DNA from: Candidatus Velamenicoccus archaeovorus
GTDB lineage: Bacteria > Omnitrophota > Gorgyraeia > Velamenicoccales > Velamenicoccaceae
Length of the DNA: 32,000 nucleotides
Direction of reading: 5' to 3'
NCBI RefSeq assembly: GCF_004102945.1
Contig: NZ_CP019384.1
Coordinates: 1,860,001-1,892,000 of the forward strand
This document shows positions 17,774-24,991 of the stretch, one piece after another; position 1 is the first letter of the stretch, and the number at the start of each line of letters is the position of its first letter. The notes under the pieces were generated by a model that was given only the letters and a program-made list of their open reading frames with translations, ran no database searches and had not been told where the DNA came from. Made by a program: the position numbers and the translations under genes.

Positions 17774-17813
17774 ATAAAAAAAGCCCGCCACCGCCGTGCA
17801 CGGTAACGGGCTT
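17774..17813 (-). terminator. rho-independent terminator
   Basis: Minus-strand sequence AGCCCGTTACCGTGCACGGCGGTGGCGGGCTTTTTTTATT, a stem-loop followed by T7. Confidence 0.6.
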
Positions 17814-17930
17814 CTTAATGCTTATTGGGCGCGAAAACGGTGATCAGCCGTCTCGCAAAAATGTTCTATTTCAATAATATGTAATTTTCATATTTTGGCA
17901 ATGGGGTCGTTACTACGGAGTAGTAAAAAG

Positions 17931-18212
17931 TCATTTTTCATCATCCACCTCAACAGACTTGAAATTATGCCCGCATTTATAACAACTGTGATACCGGATC
18001 GGCGGGTGTGTTGAATAACAGCGCGTATTTTTGCTTTTGCATTTCGGGCATCGGATCGGAATAAAACGAACGCCGTAATCCGATGAATCATTCGGCGGCC
18101 TGCCGAACGGCTTCTCCCGGGGCTGGGAACTCCCGCCATTATTCAGCCAATTTGATTTTCTTTCTATCCATCGCCCCATTAAATCCATGACCCTTTCGTT
18201 TTGCGAAGCCAC
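17931..18212 (-). CDS. small zinc-ribbon protein (CxxC-x18-CxxC, Ogr/Delta-like arrangement)
   Basis: Contains 'CPKCKSKNTRCYSTHPPIRYHSCYKC'. It overlaps the TerL 3' end. Alternative starts exist at 18188 and 18179, the latter in a TAATG overlap with the TerL stop. It is followed by an AT-rich spacer and a terminator. Confidence 0.5.
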   Translation of the reverse strand: MASQNERVMDLMGRWIERKSNWLNNGGSSQPREKPFGRPPNDSSDYGVRFIPIRCPKCKSKNTRCYSTHPPIRYHSCYKCGHNFKSVEVDDEK

Positions 18213-20023
18213 CCGCCGCGGCCGGATTCATCCGTTACCGGCTGATGAACCCGCGGCGCGTCTTCCTTACGCATATTCAGGGCCCGGATGATATCCGCGG
18301 CCGCCAGCGCGTAGACTTCCGCGTCCAAGTAGTGATTGGCCGCGGCCTCTTTCTTTTTCTGCCAGACTTCCTTGGCCTTGCCGGTTGTTCGGTTGCGGAT
18401 GAGAACTTTATGTTCGGAAGTAAACTGCATCAGATAATCATCTGCGGGATTCTTGAAGATATGCCACTTTCCCGGATTCTTCGAGGTAACAAGGCGGTTG
18501 ATCTTGTCTTTATATTGCGTGACGTTCAAATTCCACAACACAAGCCCGCCCGGAATGACCGCGCCAGTGCGAGAATTGATATCGATCTTGTTCGCGCGGT
18601 AGAACCGGCCGCCGGTGATTTCTTCAAGGCCCTTGATTGCCTTTGTCTTGTCCGGCCACTCGCGGCAGAAACGGTATACCTCATCCGTCCGGAAACCAGA
18701 GTCGATGCACGACATATATACGTTCAAGGTTTCCGCGGAACTCACCCTGCGGTATTCGGTCTTGAACAAACAATCGATGATATCGTCCCAGTATTCAACG
18801 CGATCGGCCCGGATGAGCCACGACTCTTCGTAATATCCCCAGCCGCGAATGACGTAATAAAAATGATCCTTCTGCACGTCGACACCGGCCGTCAGCACCA
18901 GCACCTCATCCGGAACAACGCCCTGATCATAATCGCGCGCCAGATTGCGCACCTTATCAACCGTGGTTTCTTCGATCTTCTCTTCCCAAACCTCGGCAAG
19001 CCATGAATTGACGAAATTCATTAAAAGCTCAACGTAGTCTTTTGATTTCAGAAACTCCGATGCGATATCACTCCATGTCAGCCACGGCGAATACAGCGAA
19101 CTCACCCAGAAACCACGGTTGCGGTTATGCTCGCCTTTTTCCGAGATCCATTCACCCGCCAGCATCATCTTCTGTTTATGGATATCATCGATGCGCTTCT
19201 TGCAATGCCCGCACTCATACCACGCCAGCCGGTTATTTTTTATCCTCTCGGCTGATGATTCTTCTTTCGGCCACTTGATCTGCCCAAAAAGTAAAACCTG
19301 CTTCTTCCCGCAATGTGGACACGGCACATGAAACCTGCGCTGGTCTGATTTGTCGTACTCGCGGAAAATATATCCCTCGCGCGTGGTGGGCGTAGACACC
19401 TTGACCGTCTTTTTATTCCAAAAAGTTTTCTGGCGTTCGGACGCCAGCTTGATCGGATCCGCTTCCCGGCCCGAGAACTTCGGGTACTTGTCGACCTCAT
19501 CCAAGAAAAGATAGCGGATCGGACGCGACGCAAGGTCCGCGGGGCTGTTCGATCCGGCAAAATAAAGAATCATCCGGTCGAAATGATATTCGAGCTTCGT
19601 GATATCGTCCGTATTGATCGGGATATACTTGCTCAAGACCGGCGAGCATTCGATCATCGGCCTGACGCGGTTATACGAAACGCTCTTGGCATCATCCGCG
19701 CGCGGGGAAACCATGAGCGTCGGGCCCGGATCCTGATCGATGATAAACCCCAGCATGTTGTACATCGCCTCGGTTTTCCCAACCTGCGAAGCCGCCATGA
19801 CCGTGATCTCATCGACATACGGATCCGTGAACGCGTCCATGATCCCCTTAAGATACGGCGTGCGCGCGGTCGCCCACTGCCCGGGCTCGGCTGATGTCTT
19901 TACATCGAGCCTGCGAAACTGATCCGACCACTCGCTCACGGTCATCTTGACCGGCAAGACCCATTCAACGGCCGCGTACGGCACAATGGTTTTAAGAATT
20001 TCCCTTCCCAGCTTTATTGGCAT
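18179..20023 (-). CDS. terminase large subunit (GpA-like)
   Basis: Walker A context 'VMAASQVGKTE', with length and N-terminal 'RTPYLKGIMDAF' typical of the GpA family. I prefer the start at ATG 20023 to the Arg-rich track extension to 20119. Confidence 0.9.
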   Translation of the reverse strand: MPIKLGREILKTIVPYAAVEWVLPVKMTVSEWSDQFRRLDVKTSAEPGQWATARTPYLKGIMDAFTDPYVDEITVMAASQVGKTEAMYNMLGFIIDQDPGPTLMVSPRADDAKSVSYNRVRPMIECSPVLSKYIPINTDDITKLEYHFDRMILYFAGSNSPADLASRPIRYLFLDEVDKYPKFSGREADPIKLASERQKTFWNKKTVKVSTPTTREGYIFREYDKSDQRRFHVPCPHCGKKQVLLFGQIKWPKEESSAERIKNNRLAWYECGHCKKRIDDIHKQKMMLAGEWISEKGEHNRNRGFWVSSLYSPWLTWSDIASEFLKSKDYVELLMNFVNSWLAEVWEEKIEETTVDKVRNLARDYDQGVVPDEVLVLTAGVDVQKDHFYYVIRGWGYYEESWLIRADRVEYWDDIIDCLFKTEYRRVSSAETLNVYMSCIDSGFRTDEVYRFCREWPDKTKAIKGLEEITGGRFYRANKIDINSRTGAVIPGGLVLWNLNVTQYKDKINRLVTSKNPGKWHIFKNPADDYLMQFTSEHKVLIRNRTTGKAKEVWQKKKEAAANHYLDAEVYALAAADIIRALNMRKEDAPRVHQPVTDESGRGGWLRKTKGSWI

Positions 20024-20618
20024 TCTGCTTCCCCGCAAATTGTTCGATGATGTACCTGATTTCCTGATCAAGCATTTCACAAATAACCTTCGGATCCTGC
20101 TGATAGAGTTTCGGCGCAATATGCTTCGGCAAACGAAGGAATCCGGCCTTGATGCCCCGGATCTGGTTTTTAACGATAGAAACGTGATCCTCGAAAGGGA
20201 TGACTTCCCCTTCTTTCTGCTTTAACTCGATCTCGCTCAGCTTCGCGCGGTTCTTGCGATATTCCTTGTCCCAGTAATCCTTGCCGTTATCCTCTTCCGA
20301 TCCCTGCTTCTTATAGAACCACTTGAAGACATCCCCGACCTTAAACCGCGCGATCTCACCGACGGCGTCCCTGAAGACCGGCATGCCCTGCTGGACATAC
20401 CGCCTGATCATCCGCGGGGATTTCTCGAGGTAGACACATAATGTCGGCAAGTCTACCGTTCCATCGATAACCCCCGCAGGCCGCTGTTCTGATTTCTCGA
20501 ACTCCTCAAGCTCTTTAAGCTCCTTGGACGACAGCGAACCGCGCCCCAGCTTTTCGACAAGGGCGATGTAACGTTTTTTCTTGGCAATCTCAACAAGGTT
20601 GCGGTTCTTTTCATCCAT
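19992..20618 (-). CDS. terminase small subunit (HTH DNA-binding)
   Basis: 208 aa directly upstream of TerL and overlapping it. It has the HTH-like segment 'LCVYLEKSPRMIRRYVQQGMP' and charged coiled regions. Confidence 0.6.
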   Translation of the reverse strand: MDEKNRNLVEIAKKKRYIALVEKLGRGSLSSKELKELEEFEKSEQRPAGVIDGTVDLPTLCVYLEKSPRMIRRYVQQGMPVFRDAVGEIARFKVGDVFKWFYKKQGSEEDNGKDYWDKEYRKNRAKLSEIELKQKEGEVIPFEDHVSIVKNQIRGIKAGFLRLPKHIAPKLYQQDPKVICEMLDQEIRYIIEQFAGKQNANKAGKGNS

Positions 20619-21915
20619 TACTATCCCTTATCGCTTTTTTCCCTGAAAATTCCTCCCAGCGCCTGACCGCCACGTCACAGAAGACCGGCTCGATCTCCAT
20701 GGCAAACACCCTACGGTTCAGCCTCTCGCCAGCGATAATTTGCGATCCCGAACCGGAAAACGGCTCATAACAGACATCGCCCGGGGTTGTATGAACCCGC
20801 ATGGGTATGGCAAAAACCTCGGTCGGCTTAACGGTTGGATGATCAAGGCCCGGATTGCGCTTTTTGCCTTCCCAGTCCAGCTCCCAGACATCGGTGTGAT
20901 ACTCCGGCGTTTCCGGATCGCCAGTCCTTAAGAAACCAACCGTCCAGACACTGCCGATCGCCTTGTTTTTGGGCTTATACTCCGGCTTATGGCCTTTGAC
21001 CCACATCAAAAGGCACGGTTCATGCCGCCACGAATAAAACGAGTACGTCAAAATGACGCACGGCTTGACCCACACGATTTCCTGATGGATTAAAATACCG
21101 ATCTCTTTGCAGAGGCCCTCAATATCCGAACGCCGCTTCGAAGCGTGCCACATATAAAGCGCGGTCTTTTCTTTAATGAAACCGAGGCCCACGGTTAAAA
21201 ACTTGCGCATGAAATCCACCGCGTCCGGGATATCGATCTCGTGATAGACATTCGACCAGTCCCGGCCGCCGTTGGGCCTGTCCGCACCGGTATAATCCAC
21301 GCAATACGGCGGGTCGGTTGCCAGAAGACTTGCCTTGCGGCCATCCATAAGCCGCGCGACATCTGCCTCGCTGGTAGAATCCCCGCACAAAAGCCGGTGT
21401 TCGCCAAGGATCCAGAGATCGCCCTTCTTGGTGATCGGCTTTTCGGGCGGCTCCGGGATATCGTCCGGAAGGGTCTTTCCGCTCCCCAGATTCTCGACAC
21501 CCATATCCCCGACACTCTCCCGCAGGCTTTGAAGCCGCAAGTTGAGATAATCATCACCGGCTTCTTTTCTCAACCTCTCCAAAAGCGGGATCAAGGCGGC
21601 CGTCCACTGACCGGCAATCTCGCTGTTATTAAGCGTCACGTTCATGGCCTGCTCTTGGATTTCGTCCAGATCGACCATGATGACATCGACCTTTTCGACC
21701 CCGTCAGCCTGCAAGACCTTATACCGCTGATGGCCGGACACAATCCGCATGTTCCGTTTATTAACGATCAAAAGATCCACATACCCGAACTTCTCCAAGC
21801 TATGCTTAAGCCCCGCATAGGCAGGCTCGGTTATTTCCCGGGGGTTGTACGGTGCCGGTTTTAACTCCTCCACCTTGACCTCAACGATTTCCGGTTTAAC
21901 ATTGATTTTTGCCAC
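20611..21915 (-). CDS. ParB-like nuclease domain fused to an N6A/N4C DNA methyltransferase (beta-class, DPPY)
   Basis: N-terminal ParB-type domain ('LKPAPYNPR', 'VSGHQRYKVL'). Methyltransferase motifs are 'HRLLCGDST', 'LLATDPPYCVDY' (motif IV) and C-terminal 'YEPFSGSGSQIIAGERL' (motif I). GTG start with RBS AAGGAGAAAATC. Confidence 0.85.
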   Translation of the reverse strand: MAKINVKPEIVEVKVEELKPAPYNPREITEPAYAGLKHSLEKFGYVDLLIVNKRNMRIVSGHQRYKVLQADGVEKVDVIMVDLDEIQEQAMNVTLNNSEIAGQWTAALIPLLERLRKEAGDDYLNLRLQSLRESVGDMGVENLGSGKTLPDDIPEPPEKPITKKGDLWILGEHRLLCGDSTSEADVARLMDGRKASLLATDPPYCVDYTGADRPNGGRDWSNVYHEIDIPDAVDFMRKFLTVGLGFIKEKTALYMWHASKRRSDIEGLCKEIGILIHQEIVWVKPCVILTYSFYSWRHEPCLLMWVKGHKPEYKPKNKAIGSVWTVGFLRTGDPETPEYHTDVWELDWEGKKRNPGLDHPTVKPTEVFAIPMRVHTTPGDVCYEPFSGSGSQIIAGERLNRRVFAMEIEPVFCDVAVRRWEEFSGKKAIRDSNG

Positions 21916-22161
21916 GATTTTCTCCTTTTTTATGTCCGCTCATGTCCATCAAAACGCCCATTTTGAACCCCTTGCAGACGTGTCTTTTAATCAAAAAAAG
22001 CCCGTATTCCCGACGGAAACAGGCCGTTTGGCCGTTTTTACCCCAGATGTGCTAAATCCCAAAAGTGATGGACATGGACATCGTTTTTTGAACCCCTCAT
22101 CACTGAAGGCCCGCGCCTCGCCCGACCCTCGCCCGACACCCCCTTCCAAGGACCCGCCAGC

Positions 22162-22965
22162 CTACTCACGGCGGGCGGCGATCTGCGACAGCAGATGACC
22201 GATCGATGCCGGTTCTTTCTTGAGTTTCTCATGCTCCCTTAGCCTTATATCCATCAAGACCTGCCTCATCTGCCCATCGATTGCCTTCTTAAACCAGCCC
22301 CAAGCGTTCTTTACCTTCGCCTTACCCTGCATAAATTGCTTACACAACGCGATAACAACCTCCGGCTTGGGTGGGAATCCCTTGTCCGTACGGTATTCCA
22401 TAAGCAATCGGTATAAATTGACCTCGCTTAAAAGCCTCTCGCACCATGAAGCCAGTTCCGCTACCTGCTCCTTGCTTGGATTGCCGTACGGCAAACTTGA
22501 GCTTATCCACAGGTCGGAAAAACAAACGTCCGTTTTGTTCGTTTCTTTTTGATCATTTAATTCTTGTTCGGGTGACACCGATGACACCAGAGGTGGTGAC
22601 ACCGCTGTCACTACTCCGGTGCCATGCGTGACACCGGTGACATCAGTGTCACTACTTTTATCCACAGGCGAATTGAGCAATTTATAAACATTCGGCTTCC
22701 CCTTTTTTCGTTCAATTGAAACGATTTCGATCCTCTCAAGGACTTTGATCGTACGCATGATCGTCCTGCGGCTGACATTGCAGTGGTTGGCAAGCGTCCG
22801 CAAGGACGGAAAGCAGTTTTGATTCTTGGCGTTGGCGTAATAACACAGCCACGAATAGACCGCGACTCCGCGGTTACCGGCCTTCGCGCTGACCAGATTC
22901 AAAGCGGCTTTGTCTATCCATAGAAATTTCCCGTCACGTAAATCCCTGATATCGATATTTCCCAT
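22162..22965 (-). CDS. replication initiator-like protein (N-terminal wHTH, internal iteron-encoding linker)
   Basis: wHTH segment 'LRTLANHCNVSRRTIMRTIKVLERIEIVSIERK', a low-complexity linker encoded by the GTGACACC repeats, and a C-terminal helical domain. I prefer ATG 22965 to the TTG at 22980. Confidence 0.6.
   Translation of the reverse strand: MGNIDIRDLRDGKFLWIDKAALNLVSAKAGNRGVAVYSWLCYYANAKNQNCFPSLRTLANHCNVSRRTIMRTIKVLERIEIVSIERKKGKPNVYKLLNSPVDKSSDTDVTGVTHGTGVVTAVSPPLVSSVSPEQELNDQKETNKTDVCFSDLWISSSLPYGNPSKEQVAELASWCERLLSEVNLYRLLMEYRTDKGFPPKPEVVIALCKQFMQGKAKVKNAWGWFKKAIDGQMRQVLMDIRLREHEKLKKEPASIGHLLSQIAARRE
22571..22656. repeat. iteron cluster: seven GTGACA(C/T)C-type repeats in both orientations (putative origin of replication)
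   Basis: GTGACACC at 22572, 22596 and 22628. ATGACACC at 22581. GTGACATC at 22637. The inverted form TGTCACTA at 22606 and 22647. An AT-rich stretch at 22511-22570 flanks the cluster. Confidence 0.55.
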
Positions 22966-22976
22966 GAAAAACCTTC

Positions 22977-23234
22977 TCAAGAAGAAACAACTTCATACCA
23001 AGCCATGTTGCCCTTGAGGTTACGCCGGATGCATTCATCCTTGCCGACCTTCCTCACGATGCCCTGCAGAACAAAATCCCTGATCGTCCTCTCGGCCCGC
23101 AAATAATATTTTTTAGTCCCGTACGCTATGACCTCGGCCTTCGAGAAGATCCCGCGTTGCCTGCACCAGCGTAAAAGCTGTTCTTCTTTTGATAAAAATT
23201 TGTCCGGATTATCAATCGTCTCCATTGTTTTCAC
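22977..23234 (-). CDS. hypothetical small early protein
   Basis: 85-aa ORF co-directional with and immediately upstream of the initiator gene. I recognise no motif. Confidence 0.5.
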   Translation of the reverse strand: MKTMETIDNPDKFLSKEEQLLRWCRQRGIFSKAEVIAYGTKKYYLRAERTIRDFVLQGIVRKVGKDECIRRNLKGNMAWYEVVSS

Positions 23235-23249
23235 CTCCCCGAAACCAAT

Positions 23250-23567
23250 TCATCTGGCCCAGATGATCCAGCCCCACAAGGCCAAGAAAAAGTACACAAC
23301 GAACAAAAACGACTGCGCGTATAAACGCTTCCTAAAATCGATCACTGCCCAGCATGCGTTCGTAAACATCCACACCAGAAACCCGGCCGGATCTTTATTC
23401 ACGTTCAGGACAACACCGAAGATGGAGAGGCCCGCGAGCATCCACATCACCAGCTCTCTAAACTCTTTCGGGTCCTTGCCGAACGGCCGGTTGGCTTCAA
23501 CAAGCTTGCGCCGGTTATACCAGCTCAGGCTTTTATAGATTTCTTTCCATCCCTTATTGATTTTCAT
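23250..23567 (-). CDS. small 3-TM membrane protein (weakly PnuC-like)
   Basis: 105 aa with three hydrophobic helices. The Trp-rich motif 'WMFTNACWAVIDF...ALWGWIIW' is reminiscent of PnuC-type repeats. Confidence 0.55.
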   Translation of the reverse strand: MKINKGWKEIYKSLSWYNRRKLVEANRPFGKDPKEFRELVMWMLAGLSIFGVVLNVNKDPAGFLVWMFTNACWAVIDFRKRLYAQSFLFVVYFFLALWGWIIWAR

Positions 23568-23839
23568 AGTTCGTTGCTCCTCCTTATCCTTTCTACGGAA
23601 AATTTATCTTCACCGACTTTACGGGTCATCAGACCGATAAATATTTGCGCAATATATTCACCAACCTCACTTGAAGCATCGATAACCGCCTTATCATTTG
23701 TTGCTAGATATGCCGCATGAAGTCTTACTTTAGCCTGGCCGAAAGCATATTCTGCAGTTTCAATAGCGCGGGCTATTTGCTTCTCGATGTTTCTCTTGCC
23801 TATCTTTTCGTGGAATTTAAATCTGCATACATCGGTCAT
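23564..23839 (-). CDS. hypothetical early protein
   Basis: ATG 23839 is preceded by GGAGGCAATAAAG. The track start at 23854 lies inside that RBS. It is the first gene downstream of promoter copy A. Confidence 0.5.
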   Translation of the reverse strand: MTDVCRFKFHEKIGKRNIEKQIARAIETAEYAFGQAKVRLHAAYLATNDKAVIDASSEVGEYIAQIFIGLMTRKVGEDKFSVERIRRSNEL

Positions 23840-23857
23840 CTTTATTGCCTCCATTGC

Positions 23858-23889
23858 GTGTATATCGCTTTTTCCGAAAAACTGTCACA
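23858..23889 (-). promoter_or_regulatory. promoter-like element copy A (TGTGACA-N15-CGATATACAC)
   Basis: Minus-strand sequence TGTGACAGTTTTTCGGAAAAAGCGATATACAC, ending about 19 nt before ATG 23839. Confidence 0.55.
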
Positions 23890-23903
23890 TGTCGCTTGAA
23901 AAA

Positions 23904-24476
23904 TTATTTCAAATAATCCTTAAGCCCTTCTTTTTCAAAAAGCTCTCTAATCCGCGCAATCTCCCTGTAAATAACCATTCTGTGTTTGTCCATCTGTCTG
24001 GATGCGTCGCTTATACTCAACCCGTCTTCGCCTAAAAGCTTGCATAACTTCTGTTGTTGCGGCGTGAGTTTCTGAAATACCTTGGAAAATTCTATCTTGA
24101 GATCTGAATTAATTTGCGGCAGGGCATCATCGCTTACTGAAATTTTATCTTTTAATGCAGGGGAATCTTCCTCGTCTTTAAGAGGCTCGTCTATTGATAC
24201 ACTCTCATAAATTGCCTTTCTTTTATCCGTTCTTGCTTTTTCAGCAATGTGGCCGAGCACATTCGAAACAACCTCCGCCATATAGGTATTTTTTGACGCG
24301 CCGCGACCAGGATCATACCTGTCACGAACCTCCATCCAATGAATAAGGCATTCCTGTAGCAGATCGTCGAACCCCTCCCTCTCAAGACATTTCCATTTTT
24401 TTCGATACACATTAATAATTTTTTTAGCAACGGCAAGCTCCCAACTTTCAAATAAACCTCCGTAATTGAGACTCAC
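23904..24476 (-). CDS. sigma-70 family RNA polymerase sigma factor, ECF-like (regions 2 and 4 only)
   Basis: 190 aa. Region 2 is 'FDDLLQECLIHWMEVRDRYDP...NTYMAEVVSNVLGHIAEKAR'. The region 4 HTH is 'LTPQQQKLCKLLGEDGLSISDASRQMDKHRMVIYREIARIRELF'. GTG start with AAGGAGGTG. Confidence 0.8.
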   Translation of the reverse strand: MSLNYGGLFESWELAVAKKIINVYRKKWKCLEREGFDDLLQECLIHWMEVRDRYDPGRGASKNTYMAEVVSNVLGHIAEKARTDKRKAIYESVSIDEPLKDEEDSPALKDKISVSDDALPQINSDLKIEFSKVFQKLTPQQQKLCKLLGEDGLSISDASRQMDKHRMVIYREIARIRELFEKEGLKDYLK

Positions 24477-24508
24477 GAGACACCTCCTTTGTTTTTCTGA
24501 GGTGTCTC
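24477..24508 (-). promoter_or_regulatory. perfect 10-bp stem hairpin sequestering the sigma-factor Shine-Dalgarno
   Basis: Minus-strand sequence GAGACACCTC-AGAAAAACAAAG-GAGGTGTCTC, immediately followed by the GTG start. The SD GGAGGTG lies in the 3' arm. Confidence 0.5.
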
Positions 24509-24588
24509 AAATGAGTCCTAATCAACGATATGCATTTAACGCCATGAAGTAAATCACGGAGGGCTCATAAATATTTATGGAGGTATCA

Positions 24589-24804
24589 CTATTTACGTTT
24601 CTTGATCCTCGACAAATCGTCGATGCCCAGCAATTCCCTTTGAGTCGGCTCCCTCCCGAGAATTCCAGACAAAACCATTGCGATTGCCTCGCAAAGCCTT
24701 GTTTTTAAAATCTCTTTTTCCGTTACGGTAGAATGTTCTGCGTAAATCACATGAATATGATCGCCAAATCTTTTCTGAAAATTATTTTTTATCCGCTGCC
24801 CCAT
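24589..24804 (-). CDS. hypothetical small early protein
   Basis: ATG 24804 is preceded by AGAGGTGACAAAT. It is the first gene downstream of promoter copy B and upstream of the sigma gene. Confidence 0.5.
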   Translation of the reverse strand: MGQRIKNNFQKRFGDHIHVIYAEHSTVTEKEILKTRLCEAIAMVLSGILGREPTQRELLGIDDLSRIKKRK

Positions 24805-24822
24805 ATTTGTCACCTCTACCGT

Positions 24823-24854
24823 GTGTATATCGGGTTTCTTGAGAAACTGTCACA
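24823..24854 (-). promoter_or_regulatory. promoter-like element copy B (TGTGACA-N15-CGATATACAC)
   Basis: Minus-strand sequence TGTGACAGTTTCTCAAGAAACCCGATATACAC. Confidence 0.55.
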
Positions 24855-24860
24855 GCAAGA

Positions 24861-24892
24861 TGTGACAATCCGAGAAAAAAAACGATATATAC
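24861..24892 (+). promoter_or_regulatory. promoter-like element copy C (TGTGACA-N15-CGATATATAC), divergent from copy B
   Basis: Plus-strand sequence TGTGACAATCCGAGAAAAAAAACGATATATAC. Its TGTGACA is separated by 6 bp from the inverted TGTCACA of copy B. Confidence 0.5.
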
Positions 24893-24991
24893 GCATTGAG
24901 GGCAAACTCTGAAACAATCCGACAAATTGTCTTAACTCATTGATATAGCTTGACTTGTTTAATTATTGTTATAGGGTTGGGGTGACAAAAA

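Noticed and set aside
17754-17801. N-terminal extensions offered by the ORF track: gpW to 17801, TerL to 20119, K-like to 7494, the 131-aa ORF to 1747, the initiator to 22980 and the tail fibre to 2899.
   Set aside because: In each case an internal ATG has a much better Shine-Dalgarno and removes an implausible extension. These extensions were Gly- or Arg-rich, read through a terminator, or overlapped the upstream gene extensively.
24941-24975. A sigma-70-type promoter (TTGACT near 24950, or TTGATA near 24941) upstream of the plus-strand unit.
   Set aside because: No acceptable -10 hexamer lies at 16-18 bp spacing from either -35 candidate.
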